From Candidatus Woesearchaeota archaeon (lineage in GTDB: Archaea > Nanobdellota > Nanobdellia > Pacearchaeales > GW2011-AR1), in assembly GCA_964514585.1 (NCBI GenBank), contig CAZETU010000006.1, positions 1-64,000 on the forward strand: a stretch of 64,000 nucleotides of DNA, written 5' to 3'. The stretch's first letter is position 1; every line of letters begins with the position of its first letter. A program made the position numbers and the translations under genes. This document shows positions 45,389 to 54,862 of the stretch, piece after piece. Under the pieces are notes generated by a model. That model was given only the letters and a program-made list of their open reading frames with translations, had not been told where the DNA came from and searched no databases.

Positions 45389-47089
45389 TTATAAGTTTTT
45401 AGAATTGATTTCTTCTCTTAACTTTGAGATGAATTCATCTAGGTCCATTGTTATGATTTCTTTTGAGTTTCTTGCTCGGATCGCAACTTTGTTTTCTGCT
45501 TTTTCTTTTTCGCCTACTGTTGCGAGGTAATTGAATCTTTGGATTTGGGCGTCTCTTGCTTTTTTGCCCATTGATTCTGATTTGTCGTTTATTTCAACTT
45601 GGAAACCTTCATTGAATAATTTTTGGTAAACTTCATTTGCGTAATCTTTTACATCGTCATTTAGGGTCATTACTTTGATTTGATTTGGAGAGAGCCATAA
45701 GGGAAAGTTTCCGTTGAGGTGTTCGGTTATTATTCCGATGAATCTCTCGATTGAGCCGTAAACTACCCTGTGAAGCATTACTGGTCGTTTCTCGTTTCCG
45801 TTTTCGTCGTTGTAGTTAAGATTAAATCTTTCTGGGAGAGCCATGTCTAGTTGAATTGTTGAGCATTGCCATGTTCTGCTTAGGGAGTCTTTTAAGTGAA
45901 AATCTATTTTTGGTCCGTAGAAAGCTCCGTCTCCTTTGTTGACTGTGTATTTCAATTTTGTTTTCTTGAGGATTTTTTCTAAGGCTTTTTCGGACATATC
46001 CCAAACCTTGTCTGAACCGATTCTTTTTTCTGGTCGTGTTGATAATTCTACGTGGTCAAATTCTAAACCGAAGTGCTGGAAAGTTTCGTTGATTAAATCT
46101 ATGATTCTTGAGACTTCTTGTTCGAGTTGGTCTTCTGTGCAGAAAATGTGGGCGTCGTCTTGAGTGAATTGGATTGTTCTGAATAATCCCGATAAAACTC
46201 CTGATAGTTCGACTCTATGAACTGTTCCAATTTCTCCGACTCTTAATGGCAAGTCTCTGTACGATTTTGGTGAGGTTTTGTAAACTAGCATTCCGCCTGG
46301 GCAGTTCATTGGTTTTACTAGAAAGTCTCTTTTTTCGTATTGTGTTCGGAAGTTGTTTTCTCCATATTTTGACCAATGGCCTGAGATTTCCCATAGTTTT
46401 CTGTCCATGATTTGTGGGGTTGAGATTTCTTCGTATCCTGCTGTTCTGTGCATTTGTCTCCATAATTCGATTAGTTTGTTTTTTATATGGAGTCCTTTTG
46501 GGTGCCAGAAGACCATTCCTGGAGCGACGTTGTTGAAACTCCATAAATTCATTTTGCTTCCGATTATTCTGTGGTCGTTTTCTTTAAGTTTTGACGTGTC
46601 TAGGGTTGCACGAGAAACCGTTCGTAGAAGTCGTTTTCTTTCGTCTTCGCTTAGTTCTGCTTCTTCTTCGTTTCCTTTTATTGTGAATTCGCGGGAGAGT
46701 TCTGATAATGGGTGGCCCTTTACTTTTAGTTCGAAAGATTTGTAGTAGCCGAAAGGAGCCTGTATTACTTTGAATTTTTTTAATTGCTTTACTGTTTCAT
46801 TTAGAATTTCTATGGCTGTGCTCGGTTTCCCAAGATTGGAAGATAAATGTGCGTAAGGGTATAGGACTATATTTTCTGCCTTGACGTCTGCTGCGATTTT
46901 TTCTATCGATTCTGTTAACTGTGGGACTGATTCTTTTGAGTCGCCTTTTTCTACTGCTACCATTACAACTAGGCAGTCTTTTGAGTCGCCTTCTAGTTTT
47001 TGGTTTGGTGCGATTTCGTCGATTGATTTTAGGGCTTTTTTTAGGCCTTGGAATTTGATGTAGTCGCAGTGGAGGTTTAGTGTCTTCAT
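45389..47089 (-). CDS. thrS: Threonyl-tRNA synthetase
   Basis: Archaeal editing domain (LH.DYI, YPYAHLSS.L, PFG.YK.F); catalytic DHR..G, KPMNCPG, FTQDDAH, GAFYGPKID, HR...GS.ERF. Confidence 0.95.
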   Translation of the reverse strand: MKTLNLHCDYIKFQGLKKALKSIDEIAPNQKLEGDSKDCLVVMVAVEKGDSKESVPQLTESIEKIAADVKAENIVLYPYAHLSSNLGKPSTAIEILNETVKQLKKFKVIQAPFGYYKSFELKVKGHPLSELSREFTIKGNEEEAELSEDERKRLLRTVSRATLDTSKLKENDHRIIGSKMNLWSFNNVAPGMVFWHPKGLHIKNKLIELWRQMHRTAGYEEISTPQIMDRKLWEISGHWSKYGENNFRTQYEKRDFLVKPMNCPGGMLVYKTSPKSYRDLPLRVGEIGTVHRVELSGVLSGLFRTIQFTQDDAHIFCTEDQLEQEVSRIIDLINETFQHFGLEFDHVELSTRPEKRIGSDKVWDMSEKALEKILKKTKLKYTVNKGDGAFYGPKIDFHLKDSLSRTWQCSTIQLDMALPERFNLNYNDENGNEKRPVMLHRVVYGSIERFIGIITEHLNGNFPLWLSPNQIKVMTLNDDVKDYANEVYQKLFNEGFQVEINDKSESMGKKARDAQIQRFNYLATVGEKEKAENKVAIRARNSKEIITMDLDEFISKLREEINSKNL

Positions 47090-47139
47090 ACTAGAAAGAG
47101 AATAAGAGAATTTATAAAGATTTATGCCGTGTTTTGTTT

Positions 47140-47883
47140 ATGGTAGATGAGGTGGCTGATAGGTGTCCGACGGGTATTGTCGGTTTTGATCGGGCTTGTC
47201 AAGGAGGTTTTGTGAGGAATTCTGATAATTTAATTGTTGGTGGGCCTGGTTCGGGGAAGAGTACGTTTTTGATGCAGTTTCTTTGGAATGGGGCTGTGCA
47301 GTTTGGAGAGAATGGGTTGTATTGTTCTTTTGAGCCGGATATTGTTGAGACGCTGAATGATTCGATGTCTTTTGGTTGGGATTTTTCTAAACTGAGTGGC
47401 GAGGGAAAGATTAAGTTTATGAGATTTGCGCCGCAGACTTCTATTGAAGAATTGAAAGCTGAGTTAATGAAAATAATTGCACAGAATAATATTAAGAGAG
47501 TTTGTTTTGATCCGATTTCTGTTTTGGCTTTGAATTTGAGTGATCAGGGGCAGATTCGGCAGACAATTTTTGATTTGTCTTCTTTAATGAAGAGGTTGAA
47601 GGTGACGACGGTTTTTGTTGATGAGAGTTTGGAGGGCGAGGGGATTCATACGCAGAATATTGGGGATTGGACGAAGACTGATATTTTGAGGTTTCTAAGT
47701 GACTCGGTTACTCTTCTTTATGAGAGTGGGGTTGCTGGTGTGGGCGACAGAGCTTTTAGAATTGCGAAGATGAGGCGGACTGCTCACGAGAGAAAGGCTA
47801 TTGGGATGTCTATTACTTCTAAAGGAATTGAAATGGTTGATGATACTGTTAGTCCGCCTGAGAATGTTGTTAGTGGGGTTTAG
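47140..47883 (+). CDS. KaiC/RAD55-like RecA-fold ATPase
   Basis: R.PTGI.GFD, GGPGSGKSTF..QFL, Y.SFE, D.IS, I.KMR.T.H. Confidence 0.88.
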   Translation: MVDEVADRCPTGIVGFDRACQGGFVRNSDNLIVGGPGSGKSTFLMQFLWNGAVQFGENGLYCSFEPDIVETLNDSMSFGWDFSKLSGEGKIKFMRFAPQTSIEELKAELMKIIAQNNIKRVCFDPISVLALNLSDQGQIRQTIFDLSSLMKRLKVTTVFVDESLEGEGIHTQNIGDWTKTDILRFLSDSVTLLYESGVAGVGDRAFRIAKMRRTAHERKAIGMSITSKGIEMVDDTVSPPENVVSGV

Positions 47884-48995
47884 GATTTGTAAATAAATTT
47901 ATCGAATTGGTTTTCTGAAACTTCTCTTCGTTTTTGGTGTTCGGATAAAACTTCGTTGATTTTTTCTATTAGAATGGCTTTTACTTCTCCTGATAATAAT
48001 TCTCCTTTTGAATACTTATTGTAGATTTCTGCTAGTTTATCGTCGTCGTGTTCGAAATATTTTAACCATTGGCAGGCTACATCTACTTCTACGTTTCCCC
48101 CTTGTTCTCTGTGTTCTTCGACTGTGTCTTTGCCTCCTGAGAATGCGTATTTATTGATTTTTCTTTTTACTGTTTTTGGGTCATCTGTCATTAGGATTGC
48201 TTTTCCTTCTCCTGTGCTACTTGATTTTCCTGCTGCTCCGGTTAACGGCGACATGAATTTTGCATGTATGATTGCTGGTTTTTTGTGTCCGAGTTTTTCT
48301 ATTACGTCTCGTGAGATTCTGAAATGTGGGTCTTGGTCTACTCCGAGTGGGATTAGGCAGTATTCGTTTTTGTTATTTAGGATATTTGGTAGGAATGCTG
48401 GGACGGTTTGCATTGCTGTGTAAAAAATGCTTCCGATATTGTTTGAGTCAGTGAAGCCGAAAGATGCTTTGATTGTTGAGAAAGTTATTTTTTTTGCGAC
48501 CTTGATAGCTTGCGGGTACATTATGCCGGCGTGCTTGGTATCAATTAGAAAATGGGTTTTTTTGGGGTTGAGTCCTAATGCTATTACGTCTTTCATATTT
48601 TCTTTTGTCCAATCTTGGATTTCTTCCATGGTCATATTTTTGTATAGGAATTTTTCGTCGTCGGTGAATTGAAACCATAGTTCTACGTTGAATTTGTCTT
48701 GTAACCATTTTACGAAACTCCAGATTGAGTAGTGCCCGAGATGAATTGGGCCTGATGGCCCGCATCCTGTGTAAAGGAAGAATTTTTCTCCTTTCTCATA
48801 GGCGTCTAGTAGTTTTTCTAGATCTCTGTGCGCAAAAAAGATTCCTCGTCTTAGATATGGGTGAACTTCGCCCGCTATTTTTTCGATTCTTTTTATGAGT
48901 TTTGGGTCTATTTTTTTTATTCCGAATTCTGTTATGAGGCGGTCGTAATTAACCTCTCCTTCTACGTCGTATGGATTGACGTTCATTTCTGCCAT
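47880..48995 (-). CDS. trpS: Tryptophanyl-tRNA synthetase (archaeal type)
   Basis: YTG.GPSG.IHLGH, TDDEKFL, GVDQDPHFR..RD, KSSS (KMSKS-like), KYAFSGG. Confidence 0.95.
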   Translation of the reverse strand: MAEMNVNPYDVEGEVNYDRLITEFGIKKIDPKLIKRIEKIAGEVHPYLRRGIFFAHRDLEKLLDAYEKGEKFFLYTGCGPSGPIHLGHYSIWSFVKWLQDKFNVELWFQFTDDEKFLYKNMTMEEIQDWTKENMKDVIALGLNPKKTHFLIDTKHAGIMYPQAIKVAKKITFSTIKASFGFTDSNNIGSIFYTAMQTVPAFLPNILNNKNEYCLIPLGVDQDPHFRISRDVIEKLGHKKPAIIHAKFMSPLTGAAGKSSSTGEGKAILMTDDPKTVKRKINKYAFSGGKDTVEEHREQGGNVEVDVACQWLKYFEHDDDKLAEIYNKYSKGELLSGEVKAILIEKINEVLSEHQKRREVSENQFDKFIYKS

Positions 48996-49066
48996 AGTGG
49001 TTTTAACCTTATGAGATTTATAAAAGTGTTGATAATGTTTAAATAGTAATATTGCCTTGGGAATTT

Positions 49067-51175
49067 ATGAAAAGATTGGGATGCACCTTTGGTTTAGTTT
49101 TACTTTTTATGACCTCGCTTGTAGTTGCTCAAATTTCTTTGTCTGAGCCTGACAGCGTGTATAATTTGGGGGATAGGTTGTATGTTAGTGCGTATGGTCT
49201 TCGAGGTAGTGACTCGGGTAATTTGAATATTGATTTGAAGTGTGGGAATTTTACTGTGAATTTGGTTAAGCTTTCTGCGAGATCTTTTTCTCCCGATGAG
49301 GACCAGACTTATGCTATTCCTTATAAAATTTTGGATAGAGATGATTTAGAGATTGATAATCTTAATCAGATACTTGGTACGTGTCAAGTTGTGGCTTCGT
49401 TGAGTTTTGGTGTTGCTTCGTCGGAAACTTTTACTGTTAGTAATAATGTTGTTGTTTCTGCATCTGTGGATAAGCCTTCGTATAATCCTGGTGAAGCGAT
49501 TACTCTTAAAGTAGATGCGCTGAAATCTAATGGGGAGTTGTTGAATGGGTTTGTTGACGTTAGTAATGCGACGACGTTAAATAAGGTTATTGAGGGAGGT
49601 AGCGTTAGTGATACTTTTTCTTTGCCTGAAACTTATGAGAGTGGGACTTATTTTTTAGGGGTTCATGTTTATGATACTGGAAGTTCTGGAATTTTGAATG
49701 AAGGATATACTACTGTGTTTTTTGATATTAATCAAATTCCGACTTCGCTTGTTATTGGGTTGTCTGATGTTGAGGTAGTTCCTGGAGATAATTTTACTTT
49801 GGGTGGTGAGATTTTTGATCAGTCGGGGATTAAGATGGAGGGATTGATTGATGTTGTAATAACTTCTCCTGATTTGGAAGAGATGGTATTGAGTATTCCT
49901 TCTGGTGATTTTAATGCTATTGACTTTCCGCTTAATTCTACTATTGGGATTTGGACTATTTTGTCTACCTTTGATGATATTATTAACGAAAGGACGCTTG
50001 AGATTTTGCCTGTTCAGAAGGTTGAGTTTGAGTTTGAGGATTCTGTTTTGGTTGTGAAAAATGTTGGCAATGCTTTGTATAATAAAACAATTAGCGTTGA
50101 AGTTGGTGAGGAGGTAATGAGCTTAGAGTTGAATGTTGAAGTTGGCGAGGAGAGAAAGTTTGCTCTTGAAGCTCCGAATGGGGAGTATGAGGTTGTTGTT
50201 AATGATGGGGAAAGCGCTTTTAGTCGGCAGGTTTTACTGACGGGAAATGCAATTTCTGTTAGTGACTTTAAGGATGTTGGAATTTTTAAGAGTTATTCTA
50301 TTCTTTGGATTTTTTTGATTATTATTCTTGGTTCTGCTGGATTTGTTTTCTTTACTCGATATAGAAAAACTAAGACTATTACTGAGAAGGGCAAGCTTTC
50401 CTCTGGTATTGGCGTTGTGAAATCGAAATTTGGGTTTGTTAAATCTAAGGTGAAATCGAAAGTTCCTGAGAAGGTGAAAGCTCATGTTTCGGATACTATG
50501 AACTTTACTAATAAGTCTCCGGTTGTTCAGGGTCTTGATTCAAAAAATTATAGTCATAAGGACAAGAGTATGGTTGATTTGACAAATAAGCAGATTGGGA
50601 GTGCTGAGTCGACTCTTGTTTTGAAGGGTGAAAAGTATGGGTCTAGTGTTGTTTCTCTTAGGATTAAGAATTATAATGATTTAAATGATTTAGCTAAGAG
50701 TTCTTTGTTGAAGATAGTTAATGGGGTCCGTGATACGAAGGGGCTTGTTGACTGGAGAGATGATTATATTTTTATTGTGTTTTCGCCGTTAATGACTCGG
50801 ACTTATCATAATGAAATTTTGGCGGTTAAAGCTGGATTTAGTATTTTGAAGGGGTTGAATGATTATAATAAGAAGTATAATAACAAAATTGAGTTTAACA
50901 TTGGAGCGCATGCTGGAGAGTTGATTGCGTCGAAAGCTGGTGGTAAATTTAAGTATACTAGTGTTGGGAATACGATTTCGTTTTCTAAGAGAATTAGTGA
51001 TTCTAGTAGTGGAAAACTGCTTGTAAGTGATGAGATAAGGAGAAAGATAATTAGGGATTTGAAAGTTGATAAGGAAAAGGATATTGGGGACAAACCTGTT
51101 TATTCTGTTTCTGAGATAAAGGATAAAGCTGCGAATGCGGCGAAATTGAAAGATTTGTTGAAGAGACAAGGGTAG
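49067..51175 (+). CDS. Single-pass receptor-like protein: Ig-like ectodomain, TM, degenerate class III nucleotidyl-cyclase-like domain
   Basis: Signal peptide; beta-rich ectodomain; LTGNAI then TM; cytoplasmic FNIGAHAGELI...Y..VGNTI...KRI....KLLVS cyclase fold signature. Confidence 0.7.
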   Translation: MKRLGCTFGLVLLFMTSLVVAQISLSEPDSVYNLGDRLYVSAYGLRGSDSGNLNIDLKCGNFTVNLVKLSARSFSPDEDQTYAIPYKILDRDDLEIDNLNQILGTCQVVASLSFGVASSETFTVSNNVVVSASVDKPSYNPGEAITLKVDALKSNGELLNGFVDVSNATTLNKVIEGGSVSDTFSLPETYESGTYFLGVHVYDTGSSGILNEGYTTVFFDINQIPTSLVIGLSDVEVVPGDNFTLGGEIFDQSGIKMEGLIDVVITSPDLEEMVLSIPSGDFNAIDFPLNSTIGIWTILSTFDDIINERTLEILPVQKVEFEFEDSVLVVKNVGNALYNKTISVEVGEEVMSLELNVEVGEERKFALEAPNGEYEVVVNDGESAFSRQVLLTGNAISVSDFKDVGIFKSYSILWIFLIIILGSAGFVFFTRYRKTKTITEKGKLSSGIGVVKSKFGFVKSKVKSKVPEKVKAHVSDTMNFTNKSPVVQGLDSKNYSHKDKSMVDLTNKQIGSAESTLVLKGEKYGSSVVSLRIKNYNDLNDLAKSSLLKIVNGVRDTKGLVDWRDDYIFIVFSPLMTRTYHNEILAVKAGFSILKGLNDYNKKYNNKIEFNIGAHAGELIASKAGGKFKYTSVGNTISFSKRISDSSSGKLLVSDEIRRKIIRDLKVDKEKDIGDKPVYSVSEIKDKAANAAKLKDLLKRQG

Positions 51176-51228
51176 ATTGGGATTGTTTTAATGCATTGAT
51201 TTATAAATTTGTTTTATTATTGTTAGTT

Positions 51229-53010
51229 ATGAAAAATAAAAGAGAGGGTGGTAACCCTATTTTGAATTTATTGAAAGAAGAGTGGAGATATCTTGGGGAT
51301 AGGAAAGGTTATTTTATTTTGGCTTCGATATTTTTTGTGATTGCTAATTCAATAAATTTATTGAATCCGTTGGTGATTGGAATGGTTTTTAATTCTGTTC
51401 AAGAATCTATAACTGGGATTTCTGAATTATGGAATTTGATTTTTTTAATTTCTTTTCTTTTATATATTGAAATAGGGTTTTGGATTTTTCATGGAGTTGG
51501 TAGATATATTGAAACTCGTAATGGATTTTTTGTTAATCGTAATTATATTAATTCTAAAATAGGGAAAGTTTTAGATCTTCCCGTAAAGTGGCATAAAGAT
51601 CATCATTCTGGCGATACAATAGATAAAATAAACAAGGGGTCTTCTGGGATTCATGCTTTTTCATCTGAAACAACTTTTCAGCTAATATCTTCTGTTGTAA
51701 AAGTTTTTGGTTCTTTGTTGATTTTATTTTTTATTGATCTTAGGATTGCTTTGTTTGCTTTGTTTTATTCTAGCTTTGTTTTATTTATTATTTTTAAAAT
51801 GGATAAGAAACTTGTTGGATATTATGGACAATTAAATAAAAAATCCAATAGAATTGCGGCTGGGATTTATGATTATATTAGTAATATTATTACTGTTGTG
51901 ACTTTGAGAATGAAGAAGACTGTTCGAACTGAAATTGATTCTAGATTAATGGATGCTGAACTCCTTTCTAAGAAGACCTCTATTTTGAATGAATATAAAT
52001 GGGGCTTTGCTAGTATTGCAATATCGTTTATGATTGTTTTATCTTTGAGTTTTAAGGCTTATGTCGATTTCGTTTCAACTGGAATTATTATGATTGGAAC
52101 TTTGTATATATTGTATGGATATTTGAATAATGTTGGGGATACTTTCTATTATTTTGCGAGTCTTTATGGGCGAGTTAGTAAGTATAATGCTAATTTAATG
52201 AATGCTAAGCCGATTGATGATGAGTTTGATAAAGTTAAGAAGGATGTTTCTAGGAATTTGCCGGGAGATTGGGATAGTATTGAATTTAAGAATATGGATT
52301 TTTCTTATAATCAAGATGGGAACACTAGACATTTGGATGGTGTAGATTTTAAGTTTAAGAAGGGCGAGAAGATTGCTTTGGTTGGTGAGTCTGGTTCTGG
52401 GAAGAGTACGATGTTAACTTTGCTTAGGGGGCTTTATTCTCCTGATGAGGGGGCTGTTTATTGTGATGGCAAGAAACTTGATCACGGATTTGCGAGGCTG
52501 AAGGATCATATCACTTTAATTTCGCAGGAGCCTGAGATTTTTAATGATACTGTGAAGAATAATATTACGATGGGGATTAGAACAAAGAATGAGGATTTGA
52601 TTGATGCTATTGACATGTCGCAGCTGAAAAAAGTTGTTGGGAAACTGGATAAAGGTTTGGATACGAATGTTTTGGAAAAGGGCGTTTCGTTGTCTGGTGG
52701 TGAGAAGCAAAGGCTGTCTTTAGCTCGGGGTTTGTTGGCTGCGAAGAAGAGTGAGATTGTTTTGCTTGATGAGCCTACTTCTAGTGTGGATAGTGAGAAT
52801 GAGATGAAGATTCACGATAAGGTTTTTTCTAAGTTTGGGGAGAAGACGATTATTTCTTCTATTCATCGGTTGCATTTATTGAATAAGTTTGATACGATTT
52901 ATCTTTTTGAAAAGGGGAAGATTGTTGCTCATGGGAGTTTGGATGAGATAAAGAAAAATCCTAAGTTTGATCGGGTTTGGCGAAAGTATGGATTGAAGAG
53001 GGAGATGTGA
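51229..53010 (+). CDS. ABC exporter, fused permease + ATPase (MsbA/MdlB-like)
   Basis: Six-TM domain; GESGSGKST, LSGGEKQRL.LARG, LLDEPTSS, H-loop. Confidence 0.92.
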   Translation: MKNKREGGNPILNLLKEEWRYLGDRKGYFILASIFFVIANSINLLNPLVIGMVFNSVQESITGISELWNLIFLISFLLYIEIGFWIFHGVGRYIETRNGFFVNRNYINSKIGKVLDLPVKWHKDHHSGDTIDKINKGSSGIHAFSSETTFQLISSVVKVFGSLLILFFIDLRIALFALFYSSFVLFIIFKMDKKLVGYYGQLNKKSNRIAAGIYDYISNIITVVTLRMKKTVRTEIDSRLMDAELLSKKTSILNEYKWGFASIAISFMIVLSLSFKAYVDFVSTGIIMIGTLYILYGYLNNVGDTFYYFASLYGRVSKYNANLMNAKPIDDEFDKVKKDVSRNLPGDWDSIEFKNMDFSYNQDGNTRHLDGVDFKFKKGEKIALVGESGSGKSTMLTLLRGLYSPDEGAVYCDGKKLDHGFARLKDHITLISQEPEIFNDTVKNNITMGIRTKNEDLIDAIDMSQLKKVVGKLDKGLDTNVLEKGVSLSGGEKQRLSLARGLLAAKKSEIVLLDEPTSSVDSENEMKIHDKVFSKFGEKTIISSIHRLHLLNKFDTIYLFEKGKIVAHGSLDEIKKNPKFDRVWRKYGLKREM

Positions 53011-53071
53011 TGGGGAAGAGGAATTTTAAGTAAATCGGTAAGTTTAAAAGTTCTTAAATTTTGAAGTAATT

Positions 53072-53149
53072 ATGGCAAGTAAAAAAAGTACACGAATGAA
53101 AAATTCCGCTGCTAGCTTGGTCTGTGCTAACTTATACTGCGCTGGATAA
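53072..53149 (+). CDS. Candidate 25-aa leader peptide upstream of the ABC-F gene (not in ORF track)
   Basis: MASKKSTRMKNSAASLVCANLYCAG; TATA-like element upstream; ends 57 nt before the ABC-F ATG. Confidence 0.35.
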   Translation: MASKKSTRMKNSAASLVCANLYCAG

Positions 53150-53206
53150 ATTCTGATCCCACTCGGGACATTTATGCAAAATTAGTTAAATTTTATATCT
53201 ATTAAC

Positions 53207-54817
53207 ATGATTTCTATTAATGATTTTACAAAAAGCTTTGAGAGAGAAAATTTGTTTGAAAACGTAAATCTGATTATAGGTTTAGATAAATGTGTTGCTC
53301 TAGTTGGGAAAAATGGTTCTGGAAAATCTACCTTTTTGAAATGTCTAGTTGGACGAGAAGACTTTTCTGGAAGGATAGTTTCTGAGAACGTGAAGATTAG
53401 TATGATGGAGCAAGAAGGTAGTTTTGATGATTTGGATAGAACATTTAGAGATTACATTGGAGACAAGACAAGGAATTTAGAAGATGAAAAATTTGCGATG
53501 GAACAGGAGATGGGTAATCCTGATATCTATGATAATGATGATAAATTTAATTCTTTGATGGATAGATATAATCTTCTTTTGTCGGATGAGTCTTTAGATC
53601 CTGAAGATGTTAGATTGGTTGAAATTCTAAAGAAACTGAATATAGATGAAAACGTTTTATGTCAAAAGATATCTGAGTTGAGTGGGGGACAGAAGATAAA
53701 GTTGCGTCTTGCGGAATGTCTTGCTAAAAAGGCAGATATTTATTTTTTGGATGAACCAACAAACCATTTGGATTTGGGATCTTCAGAATGGTTGGGCCAG
53801 TATATTAAAGAGAATATTAAATCTTTGCTAGTAATTTCTCATGATAGGTATTTTTTAAATGAGATAGTTGATGAAGTCTGGAAAATTGAAGATAAAAATT
53901 TTGAGAAGTATTTTTGTAGTTATGATGAATACGAGAAGAAGGAGATTGTTTATTTCAATTTACTGAGGAGGAAATTTAAGGATGCCACTAGGAGAAAGCG
54001 AGAACTTATGGAGTCTGCTGAACAAAAGCGTCATTGGGCTATGCTTGTTGGAAGTAAAACCGCTAAATGCATTGCTGATAGATTAGAGCGGGAAGCTGAA
54101 GCTATTGAGATTGGAATTAACCCTGATGATTTAGTGATTAATGTTAAGATAGATTTTTCTAATAAAAAATTGCATAATTGTGAGATTTTTAGGCTTGCTG
54201 GAATGGCTAAAGAATTTGACGGAAATATTCTTTTTGATAATGTTGATCAAGAAATTAATCAAGGAGAAAAAATTGCGATTGTTGGAGATAATGGTACTGG
54301 GAAAACTACATTATTGAAGGTTTTGATGGGGATTGAGAAAGAAACTAAAGGTTCTGTTTTCCGTAGAGAAAATTTGAAGATTGGTTATTTTGACCAAGAA
54401 TTAAGTGACGTGGACGGAGAGAAGACTGTAGAAAAATTTATTGAAGAAGAATGTGGGAGGGATCCTGCAATTTTGAGATCTACGCTTTCTAAGTTTAGTT
54501 TTGAGGATAAGTTTTTGGTCCAGAAGATTGGAAAGTTGTCTGGAGGAGAAAAGGGAAGATTAAACTTGCTTCGAATTACTTTGGAGAATAATGAAGTTTT
54601 GTTATTGGATGAGCCAACAAATAACTTAGACATTCATCTAAAAGACTCATTAGAGAAAGCGATAAAAGAGTTTCCTGGAACGGTAATTATTGTTTCTCAC
54701 GATAGACACTTTATGGATAGGGTTTCTACTCGAGTCTTGGATATCGAGGGTGAAGAGATTAAAAGTTACAAGGGTAATTATTCTGATTATTTGGAATTGA
54801 AGGTTAAGAAGATATAG
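53207..54817 (+). CDS. ABC-F family ribosome-associated ATPase
   Basis: Two ABC domains (GKNGSGKST; GDNGTGKTT), LSGG x2, LDEPTN(H/N)LD x2, SHDR x2, helical inter-ABC linker, no TM. Confidence 0.92.
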   Translation: MISINDFTKSFERENLFENVNLIIGLDKCVALVGKNGSGKSTFLKCLVGREDFSGRIVSENVKISMMEQEGSFDDLDRTFRDYIGDKTRNLEDEKFAMEQEMGNPDIYDNDDKFNSLMDRYNLLLSDESLDPEDVRLVEILKKLNIDENVLCQKISELSGGQKIKLRLAECLAKKADIYFLDEPTNHLDLGSSEWLGQYIKENIKSLLVISHDRYFLNEIVDEVWKIEDKNFEKYFCSYDEYEKKEIVYFNLLRRKFKDATRRKRELMESAEQKRHWAMLVGSKTAKCIADRLEREAEAIEIGINPDDLVINVKIDFSNKKLHNCEIFRLAGMAKEFDGNILFDNVDQEINQGEKIAIVGDNGTGKTTLLKVLMGIEKETKGSVFRRENLKIGYFDQELSDVDGEKTVEKFIEEECGRDPAILRSTLSKFSFEDKFLVQKIGKLSGGEKGRLNLLRITLENNEVLLLDEPTNNLDIHLKDSLEKAIKEFPGTVIIVSHDRHFMDRVSTRVLDIEGEEIKSYKGNYSDYLELKVKKI

Positions 54818-54862
54818 CTTGGCTTCTCCAAAGTTTTAAATAGAATTTTTTGTTTAATATTT

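Noticed and set aside
51229-53010. ABC exporter as the peptidase-containing transporter for the double-glycine-like peptide at 30090
   Set aside because: It has no N-terminal C39 peptidase domain and lies 21 kb away.
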